The notes beneath the pieces are model-generated. The model saw nothing but the letters and a program-made list of their open reading frames with translations. It was not told the origin of the DNA and ran no database searches. A DNA stretch of 64,000 bases from Candidatus Roizmanbacteria bacterium RIFOXYC1_FULL_41_16. GTDB taxonomy: Bacteria > Patescibacteriota > Microgenomatia > UBA1406. Numbering within the stretch: position 1 is the first letter of the stretch; each line of letters begins with the position of its first letter. The DNA is taken from contig MGBO01000014.1 of the NCBI GenBank assembly GCA_001788295.1, positions 2,286 to 66,285 of the forward strand, written 5' to 3'. Positions 9,665 to 18,767 of the stretch are shown here, piece after piece. Both the position numbers and the translations under genes were made by a program.

Positions 9665-11071
9665 ATGATTCGCACCAGAATTGCACCCTCACCAACCGGC
9701 TTCCCTCATATCGGCACAGTTTATCAAGCTATGTTAGATAAGGCTTATGCCAAAAAACATCATGGCCAATTTTTTATTCGGATAGAAGACACGGATAGGC
9801 AGCGCTTTGTTAAGGGAGCGGAGGAAAAAATTTATCAAGCTCTTGATTGGTTTGGTTTAACCGAAGACATAAGTCCACGAAAACCGGATAATTTAGGACC
9901 ATATCGTCAATCAGAAAGATTAAAGATTTACCAAAAATACGCTCAAGAATTGGTAAAAGAAGGGAAAGCTTATTATTGTTTTTGCAGCAAGGAGCGTTTG
10001 GAAACGATGAGAAAAGAACAGCAGACGGTCAAAAAACCACCACTGTATGATCAAACCTGTCGAAAACTTTCTCACGCAGTAATCCAAGAAAACCTAAAAA
10101 AAAACATCCCTTATGTTATTCGAATGAAAATTCCCAAAAACCGGCAGATTAAAACAAATGATATTATTCATAAAAATCTGGTTTTTAATTCCAATCTAAT
10201 AGATGACCAAGTGATTCTCAAATCAGACGGTTATCCAACTTATCATTTGGCGGTCGTCGTGGATGATCATCTTATGAAAACCAGCCATGTCGTTCGCGGA
10301 CCAGAGTGGTTGCCAAGCTATCCCAAACATTTGCTCTTATATGAATATCTTGATTTTAAACCACCCCAATTTGTTCATACTCCGCTCATAACTAATATGG
10401 ACGGTTCAAAAATGTCTAAACGCCATGGTCACGCCAACGTTGATTGGTATCGGGAAAACGGATTTCTACCAGAAGCCATTCTTAATTTTCTGGCCCTTCT
10501 GGGCTGGAGCCATCCGCAAGAAAAAGAGATTTTCTCCTATGATGAATTTTGCCAATCCTTTGATTTTAAAGATTTGAATCCGATCAGTCCTAAATTCAAT
10601 TTAGAAAAGCTCGAATGGCTAAACGGAGAATATCTTCGACAAATGCCTGCGGAAAAATTACTGGAAAAACTAAAACAATATTTAGACGAATACGGCCAGA
10701 TTAAACTAACCGAAACACAAATTAAATCAACTGTTCCATTGGTGCAAACACGGATGAAAAAGCTCTCAGACTATTGGCCATTGGTTGAGTTTATCTTTGA
10801 ACAACCTGCTAAAGTCGATTTTCCGATCAGTTTTCTTAAACAAGCTCAAAGCGAATTGTTCAAGACCTATGAACAAATTGAGTGGAACCATCAAGAAATA
10901 TATAGCAAAACTGAACAGATAGCCAAGAAGTTGGCTATCAAACCAGTAAAACTGTATATGGATATTCGCTTTGCTCTATCAAATCAAAAAGTAACCGCGC
11001 CTTTGTTTGAAAGTCTGGAAATTATCGGACGCAAAGAAACACTCAAGCGCTTAAAAAGCGTTCTGGTTTAA
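9665..11071 (+). CDS. gltX: glutamyl-tRNA synthetase
   Basis: HIGH-type motif (PSPTGFPHIGT) and KMSKR. ORF track starts at 9653, but MIRTRIAPSPTG at 9665 matches the canonical N-terminus and lies downstream of TGGTAAAAT (9646-9654). Confidence 0.93.
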   Translation: MIRTRIAPSPTGFPHIGTVYQAMLDKAYAKKHHGQFFIRIEDTDRQRFVKGAEEKIYQALDWFGLTEDISPRKPDNLGPYRQSERLKIYQKYAQELVKEGKAYYCFCSKERLETMRKEQQTVKKPPLYDQTCRKLSHAVIQENLKKNIPYVIRMKIPKNRQIKTNDIIHKNLVFNSNLIDDQVILKSDGYPTYHLAVVVDDHLMKTSHVVRGPEWLPSYPKHLLLYEYLDFKPPQFVHTPLITNMDGSKMSKRHGHANVDWYRENGFLPEAILNFLALLGWSHPQEKEIFSYDEFCQSFDFKDLNPISPKFNLEKLEWLNGEYLRQMPAEKLLEKLKQYLDEYGQIKLTETQIKSTVPLVQTRMKKLSDYWPLVEFIFEQPAKVDFPISFLKQAQSELFKTYEQIEWNHQEIYSKTEQIAKKLAIKPVKLYMDIRFALSNQKVTAPLFESLEIIGRKETLKRLKSVLV

Positions 11072-11946
11072 TCAAGAATGTGATAATCGGTGTCAACAGA
11101 CAAGTCAAGATATACTTTTTTGCCACGGGATAGTTCCAATTCCTTGCGAGCGGCCATCCCAATTTCTTTGATCATTCGCCCTTCACGGCCAATCAGCATT
11201 TTTTTGTAGCGTTTATCTAAAGTCAAGACGACTGCTTTGATATAAAGCGTTTTGTTTTTGCGTTCGGTTACCTCTAAAACTCGTACCGCTGTTTTATACG
11301 GAACTTCCTCGCGTGTAAAAAGATAAACTTTTTCCCTAATCAACTCTTCGATAAAGATTTTACTACTCACATTAAGAGCCGGATAGCTAAACTGATCTTT
11401 ATCAACCAAAGGATAGGGTCGTTTGGCTTTTTCAAACAAGCTATCTAACAATGGCTTAACGTGAGTACGATTAAGTCCTGAGATCTTGTAGATCTCCGAA
11501 ATCTCATCTTCTAAAAATCGGTATTCTGATAAATAAGAAGGCGACTTGATGTCGATTTTATTAATGATTAAAATGACTGGCTTTTTGATCTTACGCACAA
11601 TTCCCAAAACCTTACCTTCCTCATAATCACGATGACGTGTGTGATCAACAACATACAGAGCGACATCAAAATCACCGTCAATGGATTCCTGAGCCCGACG
11701 ATTGATTTTTCGCGACAATTTGTCTTCGGCTTTTTTAAAAATTCCCGGTGTATCGATGAACAACAACTGACCGCGCTCATCCTCATAAAGAGCCTTGATG
11801 CTAAAACGGGTGGTTTGGGACTTGGGGGACGTAATACTGACTTTGGTACCTAGTAAGTTATTAACAAAAGTGCTTTTGCCGACATTTGGCCGCCCTAATA
11901 TTAAGACCACTGCACTATGCTTATTCGGGGTTTTTGTCTTGTTCAC
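11068..11946 (-). CDS. era: GTPase Era
   Basis: G1 [10 protein letters not shown]3 DTPG, G4 NKID and a C-terminal KH domain. The GTG start overlaps the rpmH stop (GTGA). Confidence 0.95.
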   Translation of the reverse strand: MNKTKTPNKHSAVVLILGRPNVGKSTFVNNLLGTKVSITSPKSQTTRFSIKALYEDERGQLLFIDTPGIFKKAEDKLSRKINRRAQESIDGDFDVALYVVDHTRHRDYEEGKVLGIVRKIKKPVILIINKIDIKSPSYLSEYRFLEDEISEIYKISGLNRTHVKPLLDSLFEKAKRPYPLVDKDQFSYPALNVSSKIFIEELIREKVYLFTREEVPYKTAVRVLEVTERKNKTLYIKAVVLTLDKRYKKMLIGREGRMIKEIGMAARKELELSRGKKVYLDLSVDTDYHILD

Positions 11947-12098
11947 TCTTTATCACTAACTGTTAGTCGTTTGCGTCCTTTGTCTCTTCTTCTTTTAAGA
12001 ACGTCACGACCAGAGTGACTGCTGTTTCGAGAACGAAAACCGTGTTTACGGGCTCGTTTGATTTTTGATGACTTGTGGCCAACATAACTTTTGCTCAT
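11943..12098 (-). CDS. rpmH: 50S ribosomal protein L34 (below the ORF-track size cutoff)
   Basis: Manual translation gives [51 protein letters not shown]. The core KR.R.HGFR.R....GR.VL.RRR.KGR.RLTVS matches L34. Its ATG overlaps the valS stop (ATGA). Confidence 0.9.
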   Translation of the reverse strand: MSKSYVGHKSSKIKRARKHGFRSRNSSHSGRDVLKRRRDKGRKRLTVSDKE

Positions 12099-14296
12099 GT
12101 AGTTTTAGCAACTAATAACGATGCTTGGCTTCCTTCAAATTCCTGATACACTGCCTCTGTTACAAACGGCATGAAAGGATGAAGCAAAACCAAACAAGAA
12201 ACAAAAATATTTTTAACTAGCTTCAGTGTTCTTATGTTACCATTTCGCAACTCGACTTTCAATGCCTCAAGATATTCGTCGGCCAAACGATGCCAAACGA
12301 ACTCATAGACCTCGCCAAAAGTTCGGGACAACTGAAAACGATCCATCTGATTTTGGTACTTGGCTTTTAGTTTATTAAATTCCTCTAATAACTTGGCTTC
12401 ATCAGTCTTTAGATCTTTATCTATCAACTCAAACTGGTCAACCGCCGTTGAATTTTCTTTAAGACTCATTTCAAGAAAACGGCCAATATTCCAGATTTTA
12501 TTGGCAAAGTTGCGCATGGCTTTGACTTTTTCTTCAGTGAGCGGGATTTTGCTACCCTCAGCCACCCCAAACAACAGTGAGGCTCGGAAAGCGTCGGCAC
12601 CATATTTTTCAACCAGCTCAATTGGATTGATCACATTCCCCTTACTTTTGCTCATTTTCTGACCCTTACTATCTGACACCATAGACCACAAATAGACATT
12701 TTTAAACGGAACCTGCTTTTTTAAATAAAGCGAAAATAATAACATCCGGCTTACCCAAAACGGAAGAATGTCGGATAAAGTTCCCAAAACATCGGTCGGA
12801 AAACGGTAAGCATATTCTTCGGCTTTTAAAGTGACCAGCGGCCACTGACCAGACGAAAACCAGGTATCAAAAGTGTCGGTTTCCTGCAAATATTGACCCT
12901 CTGGTTTAGTGACGCTGATTGTGTAATCGCTGCCAACCGGCGCGGACAACTCCTGCAAGCCAGCTTCAATTTGGCTAAAAGGATATTTTTTTAATAAGTC
13001 CTGAGCATAACCTTTGACTGATTCTTTTTGGGAATTTAAAAAAACCAGATAGGCATTAGTTTGATTGATGTCATACCAGGCCGGAATACGAATCCCCCAA
13101 GTAATCTGGCGACTGATGGGCCAGTCGTGCATCTGTTCAAGCCATTGCAAAATCTGTTTTTGGTATCTGACTGGAAAAAAACGGACTTGTTTATCTTTGA
13201 TGGCTTTGATTACCGGTTGTTTCAGTTGCTTCACTTTAATAAACCAGTTGGGAATGATTGTGGGTTCCAAATCCCGACCGCATTTATAACAAACAGTGAC
13301 TGCATGTAAGTATTGATCGTCGATTCTTTCAATCAAGCCTTTTTGTTTTAGGTCCGCGACAATTTTTTCTCTGGCAATTTTAACTTTCAGACCGGCATAA
13401 GGTCCGGTATGCTCATTCAGCCGGCCCTGACGATTAATAACCTGCTTGACTTTGAGATGATGACGTTTGCCGACTTCAAAATCATGAGGATCGTGAGCTG
13501 GAGTTATCTTAACCACTCCGGTTCCAAAATCCGGATCAACCGTTTCATCAGCAATCACTTTAATCTTAAATTGGCCCAGTAGCCCTTGAACGTCAACCGT
13601 TTTTCCAATCCATTGCTGATATCGCTTGTCTTTGGGATGAACAGCCAAAGCCGTGTCGCCAAACTTGGTTTCGGGCCTGACCGTAGCCAAAACAAGTGGT
13701 CCGTATTTTAAGTAATACAGTGGGTCAATTCTTTCGACGTGCTTTACTTCCAATTCTGAAAGTGATGTCCCGCAAAAAGGACAATAATTAACAATATAGT
13801 CGTCTCGATAAACATAACCCTCTGTTTGCATTTTGATAAAAGTGGCATAGACTCGCTCTAAAACCGCTGAATCCAAAGTAAAAACACTGCGACTCCAATC
13901 GGCCAAAAAACCCAAGCGTTTAAACTGCTGGTAAATTAATCCAGAATTGTCTTTTACAAAACGCTCAATATTTTGATAAAGAGTCGCTCGATCAAAATCC
14001 AAACGACTTTTGCCGGTTTTTTTGAGCTGTTTTTCATAAACGTATTGAGTTTCAAAACCGGCGTGATCCATTCCCGGGATCCAGAGCGAAGAAAACCCTC
14101 TGATTCTTTTGTAACGGATTAAAATATCGTCAACCGCATACATTCCGTGGCCGGCATGCAAAGAGGCGTTTGCGTTTGGCGGAGGCATTAGAATCGTAAA
14201 CGGCTTAAGCTTGGTTTTGGGTTTTAAAAACCCCTGTTTTTCCCAAAAAGAATATAGCTTGTTCTCATAATCGGTGGCAATAAAGCGCTTGTCCAT
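12095..14296 (-). CDS. valS: valyl-tRNA synthetase (short form, 733 aa)
   Basis: [13 protein letters not shown] (HIGH), KMSKSKGN, and editing-domain motifs [17 protein letters not shown] and [19 protein letters not shown]. No long C-terminal coiled-coil region. Confidence 0.95.
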   Translation of the reverse strand: MDKRFIATDYENKLYSFWEKQGFLKPKTKLKPFTILMPPPNANASLHAGHGMYAVDDILIRYKRIRGFSSLWIPGMDHAGFETQYVYEKQLKKTGKSRLDFDRATLYQNIERFVKDNSGLIYQQFKRLGFLADWSRSVFTLDSAVLERVYATFIKMQTEGYVYRDDYIVNYCPFCGTSLSELEVKHVERIDPLYYLKYGPLVLATVRPETKFGDTALAVHPKDKRYQQWIGKTVDVQGLLGQFKIKVIADETVDPDFGTGVVKITPAHDPHDFEVGKRHHLKVKQVINRQGRLNEHTGPYAGLKVKIAREKIVADLKQKGLIERIDDQYLHAVTVCYKCGRDLEPTIIPNWFIKVKQLKQPVIKAIKDKQVRFFPVRYQKQILQWLEQMHDWPISRQITWGIRIPAWYDINQTNAYLVFLNSQKESVKGYAQDLLKKYPFSQIEAGLQELSAPVGSDYTISVTKPEGQYLQETDTFDTWFSSGQWPLVTLKAEEYAYRFPTDVLGTLSDILPFWVSRMLLFSLYLKKQVPFKNVYLWSMVSDSKGQKMSKSKGNVINPIELVEKYGADAFRASLLFGVAEGSKIPLTEEKVKAMRNFANKIWNIGRFLEMSLKENSTAVDQFELIDKDLKTDEAKLLEEFNKLKAKYQNQMDRFQLSRTFGEVYEFVWHRLADEYLEALKVELRNGNIRTLKLVKNIFVSCLVLLHPFMPFVTEAVYQEFEGSQASLLVAKTT

Positions 14297-14325
14297 ACAC
14301 GCTTTATTATATCCTACAAAAAGAG

Positions 14326-14793
14326 CTATTTATAGTACTCTTTTACCTGAAACAGGATATACAGAGAAAGCAAAGTCCCGATGATTAAACCGCCCAGATT
14401 AAACACGACCAGATTTTGTACCGCTCCTAAAAGGGCAGCATAAAATAAAAGTGACCAGGCTGATTTGGCTTTTTTAAACAATCCTGGAATCGCCAAAGCC
14501 TCAATGACGACAATTGCCAAAGTAAATACCCAAGTGAGCGTATACCCAGTACCATAACCAGTGCCGGCTATATAAGCAAAAGGACTAAACATTGCCGCCA
14601 AACCAAAAACAGCCAGAATCAACGGCAAAGCCATGACAATCATAATCACCGAAAGCCAGGGCAAAATTTTAACTATCAGCTCACGCCACTCTTTGGGAAT
14701 TGAAGGCGCCTTATCTACCAAATAGTATTCAAGCTTACTTTCTAACTGAGTAACCATAGACTTCCAGTCACTCGAAGACGTTGATTTGGCCAT
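14326..14793 (-). CDS. hypothetical small polytopic membrane protein
   Basis: 155 aa with about 4 TM helices. No family was recognised. Confidence 0.55.
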   Translation of the reverse strand: MAKSTSSSDWKSMVTQLESKLEYYLVDKAPSIPKEWRELIVKILPWLSVIMIVMALPLILAVFGLAAMFSPFAYIAGTGYGTGYTLTWVFTLAIVVIEALAIPGLFKKAKSAWSLLFYAALLGAVQNLVVFNLGGLIIGTLLSLYILFQVKEYYK

Positions 14794-14866
14794 GTCGGTG
14801 AAATATTAATTTGTAATTTTAACCACAGAATAACTTTTATTTATTGTTTTGTCAATAAAAAAGCAC

Positions 14867-14875
14867 TGATATAAT
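14867..14875 (+). promoter_or_regulatory. putative extended -10 (TGA-TATAAT) 9 nt upstream of ATG 14884
   Basis: TGATATAAT-AGCTAATA-ATG. A TTGTCA -35-like hexamer lies at 14849-14854. Confidence 0.4.
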
Positions 14876-14883
14876 AGCTAATA

Positions 14884-15960
14884 ATGAAAATTGTCAAATT
14901 AACCAAGAAAAATTTGACCTCTGTTATCAAACAAGCCAAACATTATCTGGAAAAAGACGGCCTAGTGGTTTTTCCTTCTGACACCGTTTATGGTTTGGCG
15001 GCCAATGCTTTATCTAAAACTGCGATACAAAAACTTTATCAATTTAAAGATAGACCAGTTAATCAATCAGTTGCCATTGCAGTTGCAAATTTAAACAGTG
15101 CCAAACAATATTTTAGAATTAATACTGTGCAACAGAGTTTATTAGAAACACTGTTACCCGGACCATTTACGGTTGTTTTGGAATCAAGACACAAAGCAAT
15201 TACTCAACTTGAGGCCGAAGACCAAACCTTGGGAATGCGAATACCAGACTATTTTTTTACTAAAGCCCTAAGTCAGTCAATTGATTCTCCCTATACTGCT
15301 ACCAGCGCTAATCTTCATAACAAAGGTCCGCATTACTCAATTACAGCGCTATTAAATAGCCTGTCCTACAAAAAGAAACAATTATTAGATCTAATTATTG
15401 ATTATGGCTCTTTGCCTCACAATCAACCATCAACCATTATCAACCTTACCGGCAACAAGATCGCTATGTTGCGCCAAGGGGATTACTTATTCAAGCCTGT
15501 TTTAAACCAAAAAGTCATTTCGGTTGAGCAAACACAATTGCTAGCCAAACAGCTCTTAGAAAAATATCTAGACCAAGCTGATAATAAAGCGCTGGTTATG
15601 ATTCTTCAGGGTGATTTGGGAACTGGCAAAACCGTTTTTACCCAAGGATTGGGCCATCACCTAGGCATTAATAATATTGTTTCACCCACTTATGTTGTCT
15701 ATTATGAATATCTCACTCAAAATCCTTTGATCAAAAAACTTCATCATTTTGATCTTTATCAACTTGAAAGCCCAGAGGACTTTGAACCGCTGGCAATTGA
15801 TAAGCTTTTGATTCCAAATAATCTTCTGGTCTTTGAATGGGGAGAAAAATTAGGCTCTATTTTTTCTTTAATAAAAAATCGAAACACTTTGATCATTTTA
15901 ATTAAGATTAACGAACTGACTCGCAATTCACGAGAGTTCGCTGTTTATCAGCTTTCATGA
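14884..15960 (+). CDS. tsaC/tsaE: fusion protein: TsaC/YrdC-like threonylcarbamoyl-AMP synthase (N) + TsaE/YjeE P-loop ATPase (C)
   Basis: The N-terminal ~200 aa is a YrdC fold (VVFPSDTVYGLAANA ... STIINLTGNKIAMLRQG). The C-terminal ~150 aa is TsaE (GDLGTGKTVFTQG, SPTYVVYYEY, HFDLYQL, FEWGEKL). Confidence 0.85.
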   Translation: MKIVKLTKKNLTSVIKQAKHYLEKDGLVVFPSDTVYGLAANALSKTAIQKLYQFKDRPVNQSVAIAVANLNSAKQYFRINTVQQSLLETLLPGPFTVVLESRHKAITQLEAEDQTLGMRIPDYFFTKALSQSIDSPYTATSANLHNKGPHYSITALLNSLSYKKKQLLDLIIDYGSLPHNQPSTIINLTGNKIAMLRQGDYLFKPVLNQKVISVEQTQLLAKQLLEKYLDQADNKALVMILQGDLGTGKTVFTQGLGHHLGINNIVSPTYVVYYEYLTQNPLIKKLHHFDLYQLESPEDFEPLAIDKLLIPNNLLVFEWGEKLGSIFSLIKNRNTLIILIKINELTRNSREFAVYQLS

Positions 15961-16994
15961 AAATATTAGCCATCGACACCTCATGTGACGAAACCAGCGT
16001 TGCCATCACACAAGGCCAGAAAGTAATCAGCAATGTTTTGTTTTCTCAAATCAAAATTCATGCGCCTTTTGGCGGAGTCTTTCCTTCTTTGGCCAAACGA
16101 GAACATTTAACCAAAATCAAACCGGCAGTTAGCTTGGCCTTAAAACGAGCCGGACTAATAATTAATAAAATCGAGGCGATCGCGGTTACTTTTGGGCCTG
16201 GTTTGCCGCCGGCTCTGGAAGTCGGGGTCAACTTTGCTAAAGCGCTTTCCCAAAAATATCAACGGCCTTTAATTCCAGTAGACCACTTGGAGGGCCATAT
16301 TTATTCTGGAATTACACTTAATCAAATGGGTAAACCAAAACGCCAGTTTCGCTTTCCACTTTTGGCACTGATTGTGTCCGGCGGCCACACTCAACTGGTA
16401 CTAATGAACAATCATATTAATTACAAGGTTGTTGGCCAAACGCTGGACGACGCTTGTGGTGAAGCTTTGGATAAAGCCGGTCGGCTAATGGGCTTGGGCT
16501 ATCCCGGCGGTCCTATTATCGAGAGATTGGCTAAATCCGGCAACATCAATCAATACTCTTTACCCATTCCGATGCTCCAACATCAGTCTCTGGATTTTTC
16601 TTTCTCTGGTTTGAAAACCGCGTTTAAGAGATTAATCTATTCGTTAGACGAAAAACAGAAATTAGAAGCCATTCCTGATTTATGCGCTTCTTTTCAACAG
16701 GCAGTCTTTACATCGCTCTTAATCAAATTAGAAAAAGCGATTAAACAATTTCAACCAAAACTGATTGTAGTGGGTGGCGGAGTCTCTGCTAATAAAGAAT
16801 TACGAAAACAGCTACGAACTTTGTTAGCCAAAAAAATACCGGTTTATTTCCCACCGCTCAAAAAGCTGACCGGCGACAACGCGGCCATGATTGGCGTTGT
16901 TGCTTACTTTAAATATCAAAAAGGAATTTATCTTACTCATTCAGAAACCCTGGACCGCCTGCCCCGTACCAATCTGGATAATTATATTAACTAA
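15957..16994 (+). CDS. tsaD: tRNA N6-adenosine threonylcarbamoyltransferase TsaD (Kae1/Gcp family)
   Basis: ILAIDTSCDETSVAI, HLEGH and GGVSAN motifs. The start overlaps the upstream stop (ATGA). Confidence 0.95.
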   Translation: MKILAIDTSCDETSVAITQGQKVISNVLFSQIKIHAPFGGVFPSLAKREHLTKIKPAVSLALKRAGLIINKIEAIAVTFGPGLPPALEVGVNFAKALSQKYQRPLIPVDHLEGHIYSGITLNQMGKPKRQFRFPLLALIVSGGHTQLVLMNNHINYKVVGQTLDDACGEALDKAGRLMGLGYPGGPIIERLAKSGNINQYSLPIPMLQHQSLDFSFSGLKTAFKRLIYSLDEKQKLEAIPDLCASFQQAVFTSLLIKLEKAIKQFQPKLIVVGGGVSANKELRKQLRTLLAKKIPVYFPPLKKLTGDNAAMIGVVAYFKYQKGIYLTHSETLDRLPRTNLDNYIN

Positions 16995-17001
16995 TGCTTA
17001 G

Positions 17002-17073
17002 TGCCAACGGGAGGAATCGGACCTCCGACCCATCGCTTATGAAACGATTGCTCTACCGCTGAGCTACGTTGGC
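17002..17073 (-). tRNA. tRNA with CAT anticodon (elongator Met or Ile2; identity not resolvable by eye)
   Basis: 72-nt cloverleaf folded by hand: GCCAACG/TA/GCTC-AGCGGTA-GAGC/A/ATCGT-TTCATAA-GCGAT/GGGTC/GGAGG-TCCGATT-CCTCC/CGTTGGC/A. No encoded CCA. Confidence 0.85.
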
Positions 17074-17116
17074 AAATCTTCTAAATTATACCGCAAAAAG
17101 TGATAAGATTAAAACT

Positions 17117-17425
17117 ATGCAACTGAACAAACTAGTACGCGACAAAATCGCCCGAATTATCAAAAAACAGGGTCGGGTACCAGTAACTCATGTCGCAGAT
17201 GATCAAGAGTATTATCACAAACTCAAAGCCAAACTTCAGGAAGAAGTCGAAGAATTTGTAAAATCTAATCATATTGATGAACTGGCCGACCTTTTGGAAG
17301 TAATCTATGCTATCTGTGAATATAAAGGCATCAGCCGGGAAGATCTAAACGACCGTCGCCGCAAGAAAAACGAAGAACGTGGCAAATTTTTGGACCGGAT
17401 TATTCTTGATTCAGTTGAGAACTGA
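17117..17425 (+). CDS. MazG-like all-alpha nucleoside triphosphate pyrophosphohydrolase
   Basis: MQLNKLVRDKIARII...EEVEEF...ELADLLEVIYAI...RRKKNEERGKF is a typical house-cleaning NTP-PPase pattern. ORF-track start 17069 would overlap the tRNA, so ATG 17117 is preferred. Confidence 0.7.
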   Translation: MQLNKLVRDKIARIIKKQGRVPVTHVADDQEYYHKLKAKLQEEVEEFVKSNHIDELADLLEVIYAICEYKGISREDLNDRRRKKNEERGKFLDRIILDSVEN

Positions 17426-17798
17426 TTCTTGTGGCGATTTCCTGAAATTTATCAGGCGTTAATTTAATCACCTCCGGAATATACTCAGATCCCGATTTTT
17501 GATCGCGAGGCATGATGTGAATATGAGCATGAGCTACTTGTAATCCGTGAGTCACATAAGCAATAAAATTTGGCTTTAAGCTTTTTTGCATTGCCCGAGT
17601 TATTTTAAGAACTGAAAGCCAGTATTGATCAAACTCCGGAACATCATAAGTCCAGCGATAATGCTGTTTAGGAATTAAAACCGTATGGCCAATTGTTCTG
17701 GGATAAATATCCAAAAAACCAAGAAACAAGTCATCCTCATAAACCTGATAACAGGGTAATTTTTTCTCAATAATTTGGCAAAAAATACACTCTGACAT
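17400..17798 (-). CDS. HIT-family (histidine triad) nucleotide hydrolase/transferase
   Basis: 132 aa with CIFCQI and the histidine triad HAHIHIMP. Confidence 0.9.
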   Translation of the reverse strand: MSECIFCQIIEKKLPCYQVYEDDLFLGFLDIYPRTIGHTVLIPKQHYRWTYDVPEFDQYWLSVLKITRAMQKSLKPNFIAYVTHGLQVAHAHIHIMPRDQKSGSEYIPEVIKLTPDKFQEIATRISSQLNQE

Positions 17799-17804
17799 AT
17801 TTAT

Positions 17805-17813
17805 AATTTAGCA
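17805..17813 (-). promoter_or_regulatory. putative extended -10 (TGC-TAAATT) 7 nt upstream of ATG 17798
   Basis: The minus strand reads TGCTAAATT-ATAAAT-ATG. Confidence 0.4.
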
Positions 17814-17819
17814 AATTGG

Positions 17820-17828
17820 TGATATAAT
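17820..17828 (+). promoter_or_regulatory. putative extended -10 (TGA-TATAAT) 7 nt upstream of ATG 17835
   Basis: TGATATAAT-TTCCAA-ATG. No Shine-Dalgarno sequence is present. Confidence 0.45.
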
Positions 17829-17834
17829 TTCCAA

Positions 17835-18767
17835 ATGTCTCCACAAAATGTACTTGAGGTCAGTTCTCTGTCTAAAATATTTAAGTCAAAGTCGAAAAGC
17901 TTTACCGCGGTCGACAATGTTTCTTTTGGTTTGAAAAAGGGAGAAATTTTGGGATTGTTAGGCCCAAACGGGGCTGGAAAAACGACCACTATTCAAATGT
18001 TGTTAGGAATACTCACCCCCACTTCTGGTTCAATTAAATACTTTGGCCAGAATCTGGAAGAACACCGAGAAAGTATTCTGGAACAGGTTAACTTTTCCTC
18101 AACCTATACTCACCTTCCTTGGCGATTAACAGTCATGGAAACTCTAAAATATACCAGTTATTTGTATAACATTAAAGATAGAGCCAAACGGATCCAAAGA
18201 ATTGTTGATCTGTTCCGGCTTTACCCTTTGGTCAATCAGGAAATTGCTTCCCTTTCGGCCGGTCAACTCACCAGATTGAATATTGCCAAAAGCTTTATCA
18301 ACTATCCCAAAGTGCTATTATTGGACGAGCCAACGGCCTCGCTCGATCCGGAAACCGCCGACTACATCAGGAAATTTATTCTTAACGAGCGTAAAGAGTT
18401 TGAAGTATCGATCCTGTTCACTTCGCATAATATGCCCGAAGTTGAGGAAGTTTGCGACCGGGTGATTTTTATTAATCAAGGTAAGATTGTTGCCGAAGAC
18501 AAACCGGAAAATTTGCCCAAAATCATCAAATTTTCCAAACTGGAACTGGTAATGGTCGATGGCCTCAAAAGAACAATTGAACTCTGCCATCATCAAAAAT
18601 TAAATCATCAGATTAAAAAAAGAGCGATTGAAATTGAGATTGAAGAGAAGAATATTGCTCAACTGTTAAACAAATTGGCCAAAAAAGGCATTCGGTATGA
18701 TCAGATCTCCATTAAAAAACCTGATTTGGAGGATTTCTTTTTAGAAGTTGTCAGGCATAAATCATGA
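17835..18767 (+). CDS. ABC transporter ATP-binding protein (ABC-2 exporter type)
   Basis: Walker A GPNGAGKTT, signature LSAGQ and Walker B LLLDEPT. Confidence 0.9.
   Translation: MSPQNVLEVSSLSKIFKSKSKSFTAVDNVSFGLKKGEILGLLGPNGAGKTTTIQMLLGILTPTSGSIKYFGQNLEEHRESILEQVNFSSTYTHLPWRLTVMETLKYTSYLYNIKDRAKRIQRIVDLFRLYPLVNQEIASLSAGQLTRLNIAKSFINYPKVLLLDEPTASLDPETADYIRKFILNERKEFEVSILFTSHNMPEVEEVCDRVIFINQGKIVAEDKPENLPKIIKFSKLELVMVDGLKRTIELCHHQKLNHQIKKRAIEIEIEEKNIAQLLNKLAKKGIRYDQISIKKPDLEDFFLEVVRHKS

Noticed and set aside
17069-17116. The ORF-track N-terminal extension (MANLLNYTAKSDKIKT) of the MazG-like gene.
   Set aside because: It starts at a non-ATG codon inside the tRNA gene (17002..17073). The family-typical N-terminus begins at MQLNKLVRDKI (ATG 17117).
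17117-17798. The convergent, overlapping MazG-like and HIT pair could be a toxin-antitoxin-like module.
   Set aside because: Both are ordinary small nucleotide hydrolase families with intact catalytic motifs. They are convergent, not co-transcribed, and no DNA-binding antitoxin-like partner is present.
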